Assembly (NCBI GenBank): GCA_041663565.1
Contig: JBAYMJ010000005.1
Span: 1-63,972, forward strand
Length of the DNA: 63,972 bases
Direction: 5' to 3'
Source: Candidatus Micrarchaeia archaeon
GTDB taxonomy: Archaea > Micrarchaeota > Micrarchaeia > Norongarragalinales > CAINOH01
The notes beneath the pieces are model-generated. The model was not told the DNA's origin, made no database searches, and saw only the letters and a list, made by a program, of their open reading frames with translations. How positions within the stretch are numbered: the first letter of the stretch is position 1; each line of letters begins with the position of its first letter. The position numbers and the translations under genes are program-made. Positions 54,304 to 63,972 of this stretch are shown one piece after another.

Positions 54304-55671
54304 ATGCAGATTCTTGAAAACCTTGAAAAGCCGTTACCGCTCAAAAAGGAGCTCGGCCTGCTGGGCAGCTTCGCGATGGGCTTTGCCGACGTCGGCGCTG
54401 ACGTCTTCCTCGCACTCGGCCTGATTGCGGCCTACGCGCACGGCCTGATGCCGCTCGCGCTCATCGCCGCGTCGATAGTATACGTGTGTTCGGGCTTTTC
54501 GTACGCCGAGCTTGCGGCCGCGATGCCGGTGTGCGGTGGCGCGTCGGCCTTCGGCAAGCGCGCGTTCGGAAACTGGGCCGGCTTCGTCGCGGGCTGGGGG
54601 CTGATGCTCGACTACACCATCGACATCGCGCTCTTTGCAGTAGCGTCCGCGGGTTACCTCTCGTTCTTCGTGCCGGAAATCCGCGCGTTCTTCCCGCTTG
54701 TGGCAGCTGGGATTACGTTCATCCTCATGCTAATCAACCTATTCGGCATACGCGAGTCTTCCGCCTTGAACGGCGGGCTTACCGTGATAGTGATTGCGAT
54801 AGTGCTGGGGCTCCTTGCGTTCGGCTTCGGCACCACGTTCAGCATGGAAAAGTTCACTGCCGGGCTGACGCCGATTAATGCCGACCCGGGGGTGGACAGC
54901 TTCCTTTACGCAATCACGCTTGCGATGGTGACCTTCGTGGGAATCGAGAGCATCTCGCAGGGGGCCGAGGAGACGCGCGACCCGGGAAAGACCATACCTC
55001 GCGCGACGATGCTTGCGGTGTTCTCAGTCGTGTTCTTTGCCATCGCGGTGTCGGTGCTTTCGCTGGGCGTGGTCTCGTGGCAGGCGCTGGCGGACAACAT
55101 GGACCACCCGTTCGTGGCAGTAGGCCAGGCGCTGCCGGCGCCCGAGATAGTCGTGCCCATAATAGCGTTCGCGGGATTTGTCATCTGCTTCGTGTCAGCG
55201 AACACTGGGATAATAGGCGTGTCGCGCGTCGCTTACTCGATGAGCTGCGCCAACCTGATTTCGCGTAAGGTGAAGTGGCTGCACCCGCGCTTCCGCACTC
55301 CCTGGGTCACGATAATATTCTTCTCCGTAGTGGCGATGTTTCTTGCGTACTTCGGGAACATGGTGCTGTTGGGCGAGCTTTACGCCTTCGGCGCGCTCAC
55401 CGCGTACACCATCACCAACCTCTCGCAGATAGCGCTCCGCTTCAAGGAGCCCGGGCTCGTGCGGCCGTTCAAGGTGCCGCTCAACATAAGGTTCGGCACC
55501 GGCGACGTGTCGCTTGTGGCGGTAATCGGCGTCGCAAGCTGCCTTGCCGTGTTCTTCCTGGTGGCCCTTTTGCACGAGCAGGGCCGCAACTTCGCCTTCG
55601 TGTGGTTCGCCGCAGGGATTATCTATTTCGCGGTTGCCAAGAATGGTAAGCAGCCAGCTGCGATGTGTTGA
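54304..55671 (+). CDS. APC-family amino acid permease
   Basis: About 12 TM; GFADVGADVF, GGASAFG, FVGIESISQGAEE.RDP, RFRTP. Confidence 0.92.
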   Translation: MQILENLEKPLPLKKELGLLGSFAMGFADVGADVFLALGLIAAYAHGLMPLALIAASIVYVCSGFSYAELAAAMPVCGGASAFGKRAFGNWAGFVAGWGLMLDYTIDIALFAVASAGYLSFFVPEIRAFFPLVAAGITFILMLINLFGIRESSALNGGLTVIVIAIVLGLLAFGFGTTFSMEKFTAGLTPINADPGVDSFLYAITLAMVTFVGIESISQGAEETRDPGKTIPRATMLAVFSVVFFAIAVSVLSLGVVSWQALADNMDHPFVAVGQALPAPEIVVPIIAFAGFVICFVSANTGIIGVSRVAYSMSCANLISRKVKWLHPRFRTPWVTIIFFSVVAMFLAYFGNMVLLGELYAFGALTAYTITNLSQIALRFKEPGLVRPFKVPLNIRFGTGDVSLVAVIGVASCLAVFFLVALLHEQGRNFAFVWFAAGIIYFAVAKNGKQPAAMC

Positions 55672-55674
55672 ACT

Positions 55675-56130
55675 ATGTCTTTGAAGAAATCCAATGCAAA
55701 ACAGCCAGGGCTCCCCGCAAGGCAGGCAAGGTCGCCGGCAAAGCATAATGATGTTTTCACGAAGGGCGAGCGCAGCGCAGTTGACGGCCTGATTGCGCAG
55801 AAGTTCGGAAACTTCGCGCCAGGCAATTCAAGCGTCGAGCTTGTCGAAAGCGACGGAAAGTCGATAGTGGACGTGCGCGAGTCAATAGTCACGGACGAAA
55901 AAGGGGACAAGGCGGTCTCCGACACGCGCACGGTAATTGACAAGACCGGAGTCCACGTCCAGCAGGCTACTGTCGCCGACGCTTCCGACCCGAAGATTTT
56001 CATGGACCTTCTTTACAAGCTCAACGCCGAGCCCGTTGACGAGGACAAGATGCGCTCGTTCGAGGAGAGGCTTGCGAAGATGCGCGAGAAGCTGCGCAAG
56101 CCAAAGCATGCTGAAAGCGAAAAAACCTGA
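55675..56130 (+). CDS. Hypothetical protein
   Basis: 151 aa, 3 nt downstream of the permease. Confidence 0.55.
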   Translation: MSLKKSNAKQPGLPARQARSPAKHNDVFTKGERSAVDGLIAQKFGNFAPGNSSVELVESDGKSIVDVRESIVTDEKGDKAVSDTRTVIDKTGVHVQQATVADASDPKIFMDLLYKLNAEPVDEDKMRSFEERLAKMREKLRKPKHAESEKT

Positions 56131-56238
56131 AGCCATCGCCCCGCACACTATTTTATAGCCGCGACAGCCAAATGGTAAATGTGACAATAGCCAGGCAAAA
56201 AGGACAAAAACCTGGTCTCATTTACGGGGTATTACCAT

Positions 56239-56910
56239 ATGGCAAAGGAAGAGGAAAGCCCGATCTCAAAGCAGGTCCGCGAGGAGCTTGAGTCGGACAT
56301 CTACGTGAACAAGGCCATCCGCCTGGGCATAGCCAACTGCTCGGCAATCGCAAAGAGCCTGTCGCACAAGGTCGGCGGCAGCGAGGACGCGCTCAAGATG
56401 GCGGTGCTGCGCTACTCGCGCGAGGCCTGCAGGAAGTACGAGGAGGAAAGCATCGGCATAGCGGGGGTGCTTGAAAAGACAAAGATTACGCTCATCTCCA
56501 ACGTCTGCGTGCTCGTGTTCGAACGTTCGCCTTCCACGCACGCCGCAGCCGACAGCCTTGGAGGCGACGACGAGATATTCTCCATCCTCGCAAGCCAGAA
56601 GGTCATCCTCGTGATGACAAGCGACGAGAACGAAGGCTACGTGGTTGACAAGCTCGGCCGCGAGAACATAATCCAGAAGACCGAAAGCCTGTGCATGCTG
56701 CGCCTGACCTCGCCGAGCAGGATAGAGAACGTGCCCGGAGTGATTGCGCACGTGCTTGACCAGCTTGCGCAGCACGGCATCAACATAGTGGACCTCTACT
56801 CGTGCTACACTGACACGAACATCGTAATCGAACGCAAGGACGCGCTCAAGGCGTTCGAACTATTGGAAAAGATGTGCCGCAAGCCGGCTGCTGCCAAGAA
56901 AGTAAAATAA
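56239..56910 (+). CDS. ACT-domain protein (archaeal amino-acid regulator-like)
   Basis: N-terminal helical domain; C-terminal ACT PGVIAHVLDQLAQHGINIVDLYSCYTD. Confidence 0.82.
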   Translation: MAKEEESPISKQVREELESDIYVNKAIRLGIANCSAIAKSLSHKVGGSEDALKMAVLRYSREACRKYEEESIGIAGVLEKTKITLISNVCVLVFERSPSTHAAADSLGGDDEIFSILASQKVILVMTSDENEGYVVDKLGRENIIQKTESLCMLRLTSPSRIENVPGVIAHVLDQLAQHGINIVDLYSCYTDTNIVIERKDALKAFELLEKMCRKPAAAKKVK

Positions 56911-57043
56911 CTCCCGGACTGTTCGGCAGGAGAATACTGCCTTTCAACCCAGTTTTGACAGCCCGCCAGATTTTTTGTCGCAATTGCGACGCCAGCGTAA
57001 TATCCCGCCCCGGGCACTAATCCTTTGCCAAGTGAGTTTACCC

Positions 57044-58000
57044 ATGAAAAAGGACCTAGTGAACATCCACGACCTTTCGCCAGACGAGCTCAACGGCCTG
57101 GTCGATGCCGCACTCCTTTCAAAGAAGAACCCCCACCTTCTTTCAAATGCGATGGACAAAAAGACGCTGGTGATGTTCTTCGAAAAGCCCAGCACGCGCA
57201 CACGGCTCTCCTTCGAGGCGGGGATGACGCAGATGGGAGGCCACGCAATCTACTTCGGCAAGGACTCGCAGCTTTCGGCAGGCAACGAGGACCTGATGGA
57301 CACCGCGAAGGTGGTGTCGCGCTACGCGGACGTAATCTGCGCCCGTGTCTTTTCACAATCTACCGTTGAGGAGCTTGCGAAGCACTCCACAGTCCCGGTA
57401 ATCAACGCGCTTTCAGACATCGACCACCCCTGCCAGGCGCTGGCTGACGTGATGACCATAAAGGAGCTCTACCCAAACAAGCAGGACGTCAAGGTCGCCT
57501 ATGTGGGCGACGGCAACAACGTCTGCAACCCGCTTATGGTGGCTTGCGCGATGATGGGCTTTACTTTCGTTGCCGCGTGCCCGGAAGGCTACGGGCCTGA
57601 TGCAAAATACGTAAACATCGCAAAGCGGTATTCAAGCGTGGAAATCTGCAGCTCGCCTTCAAAGGCAGTTGCTGGCGTGGACATAGTGTACACCGACACG
57701 TGGGTGTCGATGGGACAGGAAGCTGAAAAGCAAAAGAAGATGGCTGCGTTCGCCGGGTTTACCGTTGACGGCAAGCTGATGGCGCTTGCAAAGCCTTCGG
57801 CAAAGTTCATGCACTGCCTTCCTGCGCACAAGGGCTGCGAAGTCACTGCGGAAGTGCTTGAAGGCAGCCAGTCGGTCGTGTACGACCAGGCCGAGAACCG
57901 GATGCACGTGCAGAAGGCGCTGGTTGCGTGGCTGTGCAAGTCAGCAGGAAAGGGCAGGGATGCGGACGTGCCGGGACTGCTGCCGCTTCCGGCATATTAG
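57044..58000 (+). CDS. argF: Ornithine carbamoyltransferase
   Basis: FEKPSTRTRLSF, HPCQALAD, YTDTWVSMG, FMHCLPA, QAENR. Confidence 0.95.
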   Translation: MKKDLVNIHDLSPDELNGLVDAALLSKKNPHLLSNAMDKKTLVMFFEKPSTRTRLSFEAGMTQMGGHAIYFGKDSQLSAGNEDLMDTAKVVSRYADVICARVFSQSTVEELAKHSTVPVINALSDIDHPCQALADVMTIKELYPNKQDVKVAYVGDGNNVCNPLMVACAMMGFTFVAACPEGYGPDAKYVNIAKRYSSVEICSSPSKAVAGVDIVYTDTWVSMGQEAEKQKKMAAFAGFTVDGKLMALAKPSAKFMHCLPAHKGCEVTAEVLEGSQSVVYDQAENRMHVQKALVAWLCKSAGKGRDADVPGLLPLPAY

Positions 58001-58081
58001 CACACAGGCATAACGCAAAAGCAGGACGCCCGGCCCTTTGCGATTCCCTAATTTTACCACATTAGCCCGCCACGCGAAAAT

Positions 58082-58130
58082 GTAAAGTTTATTATACTTT
58101 ACCTCTAAATATGTAAAATATATATTACAT
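58082..58130. promoter_or_regulatory. Two inverted repeats upstream of the membrane-protein/Xre operon
   Basis: GTAAAGT-N7-ACTTTAC and ATGTAA-N8-TTACAT. Confidence 0.65.
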
Positions 58131-58144
58131 TTCAGGTGAGCTGC

Positions 58145-58576
58145 ATGATTGGGAAGCCCGAATGGTTCAAGAGGAGGAAGTACGGCGGCTGGGGACTGAC
58201 GCCCCGCACTTGGCAGGGATGGGCGTACACCGCGGCACTTGCCTGCGCGGCGTTCGCCGCAAGCGCGCTGTTCAAGCCCGGAAGCGCCGAGTTCTGGGGG
58301 TACGTATACGTACTGACCGCATTCGCGGCGCTGGACGTCGGTTCGATACTGCTTGGGATGAAGAAGGACGAGCGCGAGGCCGCGCACGAGGCGGTTGCCG
58401 AACGCAACGCCGCCTGGGTGATGGTACTCGTCATCACCATTGCGCTCATATACCAAGTCACAACTTCGGCTGCCAGCGGGGCGTATGCCGGAGTTGACCC
58501 GTTCCTGGTGCTTGCGCTTTTTGCGGGAGTAATCGTGAAAGCATACACGAACCACAAGCTGGACAAGGAGAACTGA
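58145..58576 (+). CDS. Membrane protein (DUF2178-like) paired with an Xre regulator
   Basis: [33 protein letters not shown]; 4 TM. Confidence 0.75.
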   Translation: MIGKPEWFKRRKYGGWGLTPRTWQGWAYTAALACAAFAASALFKPGSAEFWGYVYVLTAFAALDVGSILLGMKKDEREAAHEAVAERNAAWVMVLVITIALIYQVTTSAASGAYAGVDPFLVLALFAGVIVKAYTNHKLDKEN

Positions 58577-58577
58577 A

Positions 58578-58772
58578 ATGAGGAACCACGTCGAAGGGGC
58601 GCGCAGGCGCGCAAAATTGACGCAGGAGCAGCTTGCGCAGGATTGCGGGGTTACCCGCCAGACAATCATAGCGATAGAGCGGGGCAACTACAACCCCTCG
58701 CTCCAGCTTGCCTACGACCTTGTAAGGGCGCTGAAAAAAAGGAAAGTCGAGGACCTTTTCGAAGGCCCCTAG
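58578..58772 (+). CDS. Xre-family HTH regulator
   Basis: 64 aa; [30 protein letters not shown]. Confidence 0.93.
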   Translation: MRNHVEGARRRAKLTQEQLAQDCGVTRQTIIAIERGNYNPSLQLAYDLVRALKKRKVEDLFEGP

Positions 58773-58805
58773 GCTGGTTCCCACGCGCCTGCGCGGACCG
58801 GGGAC

Positions 58806-59453
58806 CTATTTTTCCTCCTCAAGAACTATCTTGTTCGTCATCCCGAAGGGGAACGAGCGCACCACATTCTTGGCCTCGAGCCTCTTGATTATGCGGTAGG
58901 TCTTCACCGCGGAATAGCCCGTCGCGGTCGAGAGCTGCTTCTGTGTGGCCTCCCCGTCCGCCTTCACGAGCTCGTCGTAGAACACCTTCTCGTCACCCGT
59001 AAGCAGCGAGGATATGACGAACTTGCGGGTCTCCTTGCGCTCGACCTTGCGCGTGTGCGTAATCAGCGAGTAGCCGTTGAACAGGAAGAATACCCCCATC
59101 AGGAGTATGCCGAGGGCAACAGGCGACAGCACCTGCGACATCGGGTCAACAGACACGTTCACAAAGAGCCTGTCGCCCCGTTCGCCTGGCGGGAAACGGG
59201 GAGTGTCGTTGTCAGTCCCGTTGAACCAGGAGTCATTGAACCACGACTCGTTGGGCACGGGTGACATCTGCCCCGCCGTGGCAATCGCAGTAGTGCCGTT
59301 GCCGCTTGTCGCCACTATCCTCGCGCCGCCTGACGGCGCGACAAGGAAGAACTCGTGCTGCCAAAGGGCGTAGTATGCAAGCACGCCGTATGAAAGCACC
59401 AGGAACCCGCCGACTATGAGGGATGCATACCCGAGCATGCGTAAATGTTTCAA
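58806..59453 (-). CDS. Membrane-anchored winged-HTH regulator (COG2512-like)
   Basis: 2 TM flanking an external loop; LTGDEK....GEATQKQL...YS.VKTYRIIKRLE.....FGMTN. Confidence 0.82.
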   Translation of the reverse strand: MKHLRMLGYASLIVGGFLVLSYGVLAYYALWQHEFFLVAPSGGARIVATSGNGTTAIATAGQMSPVPNESWFNDSWFNGTDNDTPRFPPGERGDRLFVNVSVDPMSQVLSPVALGILLMGVFFLFNGYSLITHTRKVERKETRKFVISSLLTGDEKVFYDELVKADGEATQKQLSTATGYSAVKTYRIIKRLEAKNVVRSFPFGMTNKIVLEEEK

Positions 59454-59467
59454 CGAATACCACCCAG

Positions 59468-59514
59468 ATGGGTTATTACAGGATATTTCACAATACCCAT
59501 ATGGGTTATTACAG
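59468..59514. promoter_or_regulatory. 14-bp direct repeat in the divergent wHTH/ABC promoter
   Basis: ATGGGTTATTACAG at 59468 and 59501 (33-bp period). Confidence 0.65.
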
Positions 59515-59551
59515 TTTATAACAATATGGCCAAAACGACCGGATGTAAAAA

Positions 59552-60277
59552 ATGGACAACAAGTGCGTCCTCGAGTTCGAGGCCGTGGGAAAGGAATACA
59601 GCATAGGCGACAGGATGCTGCCGGTGCTGCGCGACGTGACGTTCTGCGTCAAGAAAGGCGAGTTCGTGACCGTGATGGGGCCTTCGGGCAGCGGCAAGAG
59701 CACGATGCTGCAGCTTATGGGCTGCCTGGACAAGCCCAGCTTCGGCAAGATTTTCGTGGACGGAACCGACGTATCCAAGCTGGGCTCGGACGAGCTTGCG
59801 CGGGTGCGCAGCGAAAAGATAGGCTTCGTGTTCCAGGCGTTCAACCTGCTTTCAAACATGTCTGCGATACAGAACGTGGAGATTGCGATGGCCATAGACA
59901 ACGTGCCCGCAGCCGAGCGCCACGAGCGCGCGCTTTCGCTGCTCAAGAGGGTGGGCCTGATTGAGCGGGCCGACCACAAGCCCAACGAGCTTTCGGGCGG
60001 GGAGAAGCAGCGCGTGGCAATAGCGCGCGCCCTTGCGAACGACCCCGCGTTCCTCCTTGCCGACGAGCCTACGGGCAACCTCGACTCGAAGTCGGGCACC
60101 GAGGTCATGGAGATAATCTCCGGGCTTTCCAGGAACATGGGCACCACGGTGGTGATAGTGACCCACGAGCCCGCGGTGGCAATGTACGGCAAGCGCACGA
60201 TAATGCTGGGCGACGGGAGCATAAAGTCGGACGGGCCCACCAGGAGGCCGGCAGTGCACGACCTGAAGCTCAAGTGA
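59552..60277 (+). CDS. ABC transporter ATPase (LolD/MacB-like)
   Basis: GPSGSGKS, FVFQAFNL, LSGGEKQR, LADEPTGNLD, VTHE. Confidence 0.96.
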   Translation: MDNKCVLEFEAVGKEYSIGDRMLPVLRDVTFCVKKGEFVTVMGPSGSGKSTMLQLMGCLDKPSFGKIFVDGTDVSKLGSDELARVRSEKIGFVFQAFNLLSNMSAIQNVEIAMAIDNVPAAERHERALSLLKRVGLIERADHKPNELSGGEKQRVAIARALANDPAFLLADEPTGNLDSKSGTEVMEIISGLSRNMGTTVVIVTHEPAVAMYGKRTIMLGDGSIKSDGPTRRPAVHDLKLK

Positions 60278-60327
60278 CGTTTAAGGACAAATCGGAAATC
60301 GATGGTTCAATAGAGGTGTTTTGTGAT

Positions 60328-61638
60328 ATGGATAAGTACGTGCCGATGCTTGCGGTGATGTTTGTCTTTCTTGCCTCCTTTTCGGCGGCGGCCAACCTTA
60401 CGAGCGTGACTGTGTACAAGGACTCGCCGTTTGGGATAACCAACCTGGTGCAGTCGCCCGACAAGATTTACCCCGGAGACAGCGCAAAGCTGCAGTTTAC
60501 GGTCACGGACGTGGACGCGGCCCGCAACAATGCGGCGCTCAACGTGCTGATACCCTTCGGCTCTGTACGGACCACCTACAGCATCGGCTCGATGTCCGTG
60601 GGCGAGGCCAAGGAAATCACGGTAAACTTCAACGTGCCTTCGACCACCAAGCCCGGCACGTATGACGCATACATATACGCGACCATCGACGGCGCCAACT
60701 ACCAGGTGGGGACCATACCGCTCACGGTCAACTCCGCCGACCTTTCCAACGCGGTCATCGCAAGCGTGACAACTGACGACCTGGTCGTCGCGGGGACCGA
60801 TACCGAGATGACGGTCACGCTGCACAACGTGGCCGGCTTTTCCACCGACGACGTGCTGGTGCAGATTGGCGGCAGCATCAACTCGTCCGACGAGACTTCG
60901 GAGTACCTCCTGCCGCTTTCAAGCGACCGCGTGTACATAGACAGCATCAAGGCGGGCGAGGAGGCCAAGGTCTACTTCAACCTCGCGGTCAGCGCAAGCG
61001 CCGGCCCGGGCTACTACCCGATAACGCTCACCACCACGTACAGCGTGGACAAGGCGGTCCAGGCCAAGATTACGCAGACGTTCGCGCTCAAGGTGAGCGC
61101 GCCCGCGTCGCTTCTGGTGACTGCCGAGGACCCCGTGACGATGGCGTCCAACTCGTCGGCATCCATCGACTTCACCATAGCCAACTCGGGCGGTGTGGCC
61201 GTGCGCGCGGTTTACGCGAAGGCAATTGCGGACAACTTCACGTTCAGCACGGACAGCGAATACGTCGGGACCCTGAACCTGGACGACACCGCGACGGTGT
61301 CAATCACCGCGTCGCCGAAGGGCCAGCTCACCGCCGGGACGTACCCCCTGACGCTCAACGTCACCTACAAGGACGCGGCGAACGTGGAGCGCTACCAGCT
61401 CAAGACCGTGAACGTCCAGTACACCGGAAGGTCCAGCCTTACTGCCTTCGGCTCGGGCACGATTCCCACGCGCACCAAGTCGAACACGATATTCGGGTTC
61501 GACTACCTGACCATCGGCGTGGCGCTCGTGGTCCTTGCAGCCGCGGGGTTCCTCGGATACAGGTACTACAACGGACGCAGGAAGGCCCAGGCTGCAGGCA
61601 AGGCCCTGACGGCTGCGGCAGAGGGGCGAAAGAAATAA
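60328..61638 (+). CDS. COG1361-like Ig-fold surface protein
   Basis: Signal peptide, repeated beta-rich CARDB-like domains (IYPGD, YVGTLNLDD), C-terminal TM and basic tail. Confidence 0.82.
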   Translation: MDKYVPMLAVMFVFLASFSAAANLTSVTVYKDSPFGITNLVQSPDKIYPGDSAKLQFTVTDVDAARNNAALNVLIPFGSVRTTYSIGSMSVGEAKEITVNFNVPSTTKPGTYDAYIYATIDGANYQVGTIPLTVNSADLSNAVIASVTTDDLVVAGTDTEMTVTLHNVAGFSTDDVLVQIGGSINSSDETSEYLLPLSSDRVYIDSIKAGEEAKVYFNLAVSASAGPGYYPITLTTTYSVDKAVQAKITQTFALKVSAPASLLVTAEDPVTMASNSSASIDFTIANSGGVAVRAVYAKAIADNFTFSTDSEYVGTLNLDDTATVSITASPKGQLTAGTYPLTLNVTYKDAANVERYQLKTVNVQYTGRSSLTAFGSGTIPTRTKSNTIFGFDYLTIGVALVVLAAAGFLGYRYYNGRRKAQAAGKALTAAAEGRKK

Positions 61639-61744
61639 ACGGCAAATGGGTTTCGGGCAAAAGCGGCACGCGCATATGGCAAAAGCCGTTGCGCCTGCAA
61701 TGGGGTGCCGCGCCCGGATTTTATAGTATAGGGGATTTGCTCAC

Positions 61745-63046
61745 ATGAAAATCGTTGACCTCGCCAGCATGGCCCTAGGGCACATGACCGGCCGGAAGCT
61801 GCGCTCCTGGCTCACCGTGCTGGGCATAGTCATAGCTGTCGCGGCCATCGTGGTGCTCGTGTCCATAGCCCTGGGCATGAACTCGCAGATAAGCTCGCGG
61901 CTGTCGGGCCTTGGCAACGACATCATCCAGGTGTCGCCCGGCTCGTCAAGCGCAAGCAGGATGGCGTTCTCCATGGGAAGCACAGCCGGAGCGGCAGGGG
62001 GGATGACCGGCGGGGCGCGTACGTCCGGCGGCGCAGGCGGCCCGCCCTCGAGCTTCACGCAGGGCAACACCGGAAAGAGCGTGATTACCTTCGCCGAGGC
62101 CGAGAAGCTTGCGGAAGTGGAGGGCGTGCTTGCGGTTGACGCGCGGCTGACGGGCACCGGGAAGCTGCTTGTCAGCGGCTACAACGCATCCGTGCAGATA
62201 ATCGGCACGGACATGGAGGACTATGAAAAAGTCAACAACGTCACGATGTACGAAGGCACGATGCCGGGCTCTAACGACAAGACCTCGGTAGTGATAGGCT
62301 TCAGCGTCTACAACCGCACGTTCTCCGGCCAGGACATGCTCAACAAGAAGGTAAAGATAACCACGAGCTCGGGCGACAGCTACTACTTCCGCGTGGCGGG
62401 GATACTCAACTCCAGCTCGGGCACGTTCACGTCAACCGACAGCGCGATACTGATGCCGCTCTCCGTTGCTAAAAAGTTCCTCAACCAGTCAAAGCAGGCA
62501 AGCTCGCTGATAATCAAGGTCGAGCCCGGCTACAGCACCGACGCCGTGTCCTCCGCGGTCAGCGCAAAGCTTGCGGAGCTGCACAGGGTGGACTCGGACA
62601 ACCTCGACTTTACCATAACCACTGCGGCCGCCATACAGTCGACCATCTCAAGCGTCACCGAGACTTTGACCCTGTTCCTCGGCGGGATTGCCGCAATCTC
62701 GCTTCTTGTGGGAGCGATTGGGGTTGCGAACACGATGTTCATGAGCGTGCTCGAGCGGACCAAAGAGATTGGCATCCTGAAGGCGCTTGGGATGAAGGAC
62801 CGCGAGATTACGCTGCTGTTCCTCTTCGAATCCGCGCTGATTGGCTTCATGGGCGGCTTCTTCGGCCTGCTTTTGAGCCTGTCGGTGTCGTTCATCCTGT
62901 CGATGTTCAGCGTGTCCTCCACCATAACGCTTGAGCTGATGCTCGGCGCGCTGATGTTCTCGGTGTTCGTAGGAGTCATATCTGGCATGATCCCGGCGCG
63001 CAATGCGGCCAAACTACAGCCTGTTGAGGCGCTGAGATACGAGTGA
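61745..63046 (+). CDS. ABC permease, MacB/FtsX family
   Basis: RKLRSWLTVLGIVI, GVANTMFMSVLERTKEIGILKALG, PARNAAKL.PVEALRYE. Confidence 0.95.
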   Translation: MKIVDLASMALGHMTGRKLRSWLTVLGIVIAVAAIVVLVSIALGMNSQISSRLSGLGNDIIQVSPGSSSASRMAFSMGSTAGAAGGMTGGARTSGGAGGPPSSFTQGNTGKSVITFAEAEKLAEVEGVLAVDARLTGTGKLLVSGYNASVQIIGTDMEDYEKVNNVTMYEGTMPGSNDKTSVVIGFSVYNRTFSGQDMLNKKVKITTSSGDSYYFRVAGILNSSSGTFTSTDSAILMPLSVAKKFLNQSKQASSLIIKVEPGYSTDAVSSAVSAKLAELHRVDSDNLDFTITTAAAIQSTISSVTETLTLFLGGIAAISLLVGAIGVANTMFMSVLERTKEIGILKALGMKDREITLLFLFESALIGFMGGFFGLLLSLSVSFILSMFSVSSTITLELMLGALMFSVFVGVISGMIPARNAAKLQPVEALRYE

Positions 63047-63157
63047 GGTCCTGCGGGGCTGTTCCCTCTACCCAAAAACGCCCATGAACGCCCTGCAGGA
63101 CCAGCTCAGTTCCAAACGGTTATTACGCGGCGTTTCAAATAACCTTCCAGTGCTCTT

Positions 63158-63853
63158 ATGGCAAGGCGCATCTGGACTATCGACTTCCTTCGCGGAGTCG
63201 CCATCGTGCTGATGGTCACCTACCACATAATCTTCGACCTCCATTACTTGGGAATCGCGCGGATGCCCCTGCACGACTGGCCACTCCTATTGATGCAGCG
63301 CACCATCGCCATACTCTTCCTTGGCTTGGTTGGCGCAAGCCTGGTGGTCAAGAAGCGGACTTTGCTTGAGGACGCAAAGCGCGCGGGAATAATATTCGCT
63401 TTCGCCCTGCTCGTCACCGTAGCCACCTCAATCTGGCCCGGCCGCGGGATGATAGTCTGGGGCGTGCTGCACTTCATCGCCCTCTCCATCCTGCTTGGGC
63501 ACTTCTTCGTGCGCCTCGGCAAGTGGAACGCGCTCGCAGGCTTCGGGGTCATCGCGCTCTGGGCCCTGCTTTCAGGCAAGGCCGCAGGCTCGCTTCTTTT
63601 GCTTTCCCTTGGCTTTCCGCCTGCCGGCTTCTTCTCCTACGACTACTACCCGCTTCTTCCGTGGTTTTCCCTTGTGCTATTTGGGATGGCAGTCGCAAGC
63701 ACCGGCGTCTTCCAAAAGCTGGATGCCAAAATCCGCAGGCCCGCTGCCGCGGGCCAAGTCTGCTGGCTGGGCAGGCACTCGCTTGCAATCTACTTGGTGC
63801 ACCAGCCAATAATCCTGTCAATCCTGCTTTTTGCCTTAGGGAAACCGGGCTAA
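63158..63853 (+). CDS. DUF1624 / HGSNAT-like membrane acyltransferase
   Basis: RIWTIDFLRGVAIVLM..YH, GVLHFI, DYYPLLPW, LGRHSL.IYL.HQP. Confidence 0.85.
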   Translation: MARRIWTIDFLRGVAIVLMVTYHIIFDLHYLGIARMPLHDWPLLLMQRTIAILFLGLVGASLVVKKRTLLEDAKRAGIIFAFALLVTVATSIWPGRGMIVWGVLHFIALSILLGHFFVRLGKWNALAGFGVIALWALLSGKAAGSLLLLSLGFPPAGFFSYDYYPLLPWFSLVLFGMAVASTGVFQKLDAKIRRPAAAGQVCWLGRHSLAIYLVHQPIILSILLFALGKPG

Positions 63854-63972
63854 TTTCAGCTTATTTCAGGCAAGGCATATGGGATATTTCATGCATAGTT
63901 GTTACAAGGTGAAACATCCAAAGCATGGAAATCGACGAATCACTTGTAAACAAAGTCTGCGCGCTCCTGTTG

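Noticed and set aside
1-63972. Many long antisense or alternate-frame ORFs (e.g. 1484-2344, 14591-15433, 18465-19853, 35970-37133, 41527-42780)
   Set aside because: Shadows of well-supported genes in GC-rich DNA; no motifs of their own.
63925-63972. Partial ORF MEIDESLVNKVCALLL at the window edge (GatC-like start?)
   Set aside because: Only 16 codons and lacks the ARL motif; cannot be assigned.

Overview
Archaeal chromosome fragment, most likely a DPANN archaeon such as Ca. Micrarchaeota (taxon inferred from gene content and style, not from a search). Core genes include PCNA, RpoL, Csl4, thermosome, archaeal AspRS/ProRS, glnA, cupin GPI, gpmA, uppS/uppP, OTC and four intron-less tRNAs (Pro-CGG, Arg-TCT, Cys-GCA, Gly-TCC). 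The main feature is a ~21.7 kb integrated element (31090-52830) bounded by an 11-bp repeat of the tRNA-Gly 3' end. It appears to be two related elements in tandem, one with an intact tyrosine integrase and one with a 5'-deleted copy fused to a duplicated att arm. Cargo: two Cu-type and one Zn/Cd-type P1B ATPases, two CopZ-like chaperones, two cupredoxins, a PadR-TRASH regulator, an HMA plus Met/Gly-rich membrane protein, DsbA/CcdA-like proteins, a Fic protein and a tRNA-Cys-cysK-cysE module. Outside the island the most unusual items are an operon of small, partly paralogous membrane proteins (27.5-30.1 kb), a candidate structured ncRNA with three UUCG-containing hairpins (~54.05-54.21 kb), a beta-carbonic-anhydrase-like protein with permuted motif order, a divergent radical SAM-like protein and two kinase-like ORFs around a tRNA pair. 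All family assignments come from motif recognition by eye; no database search was run.
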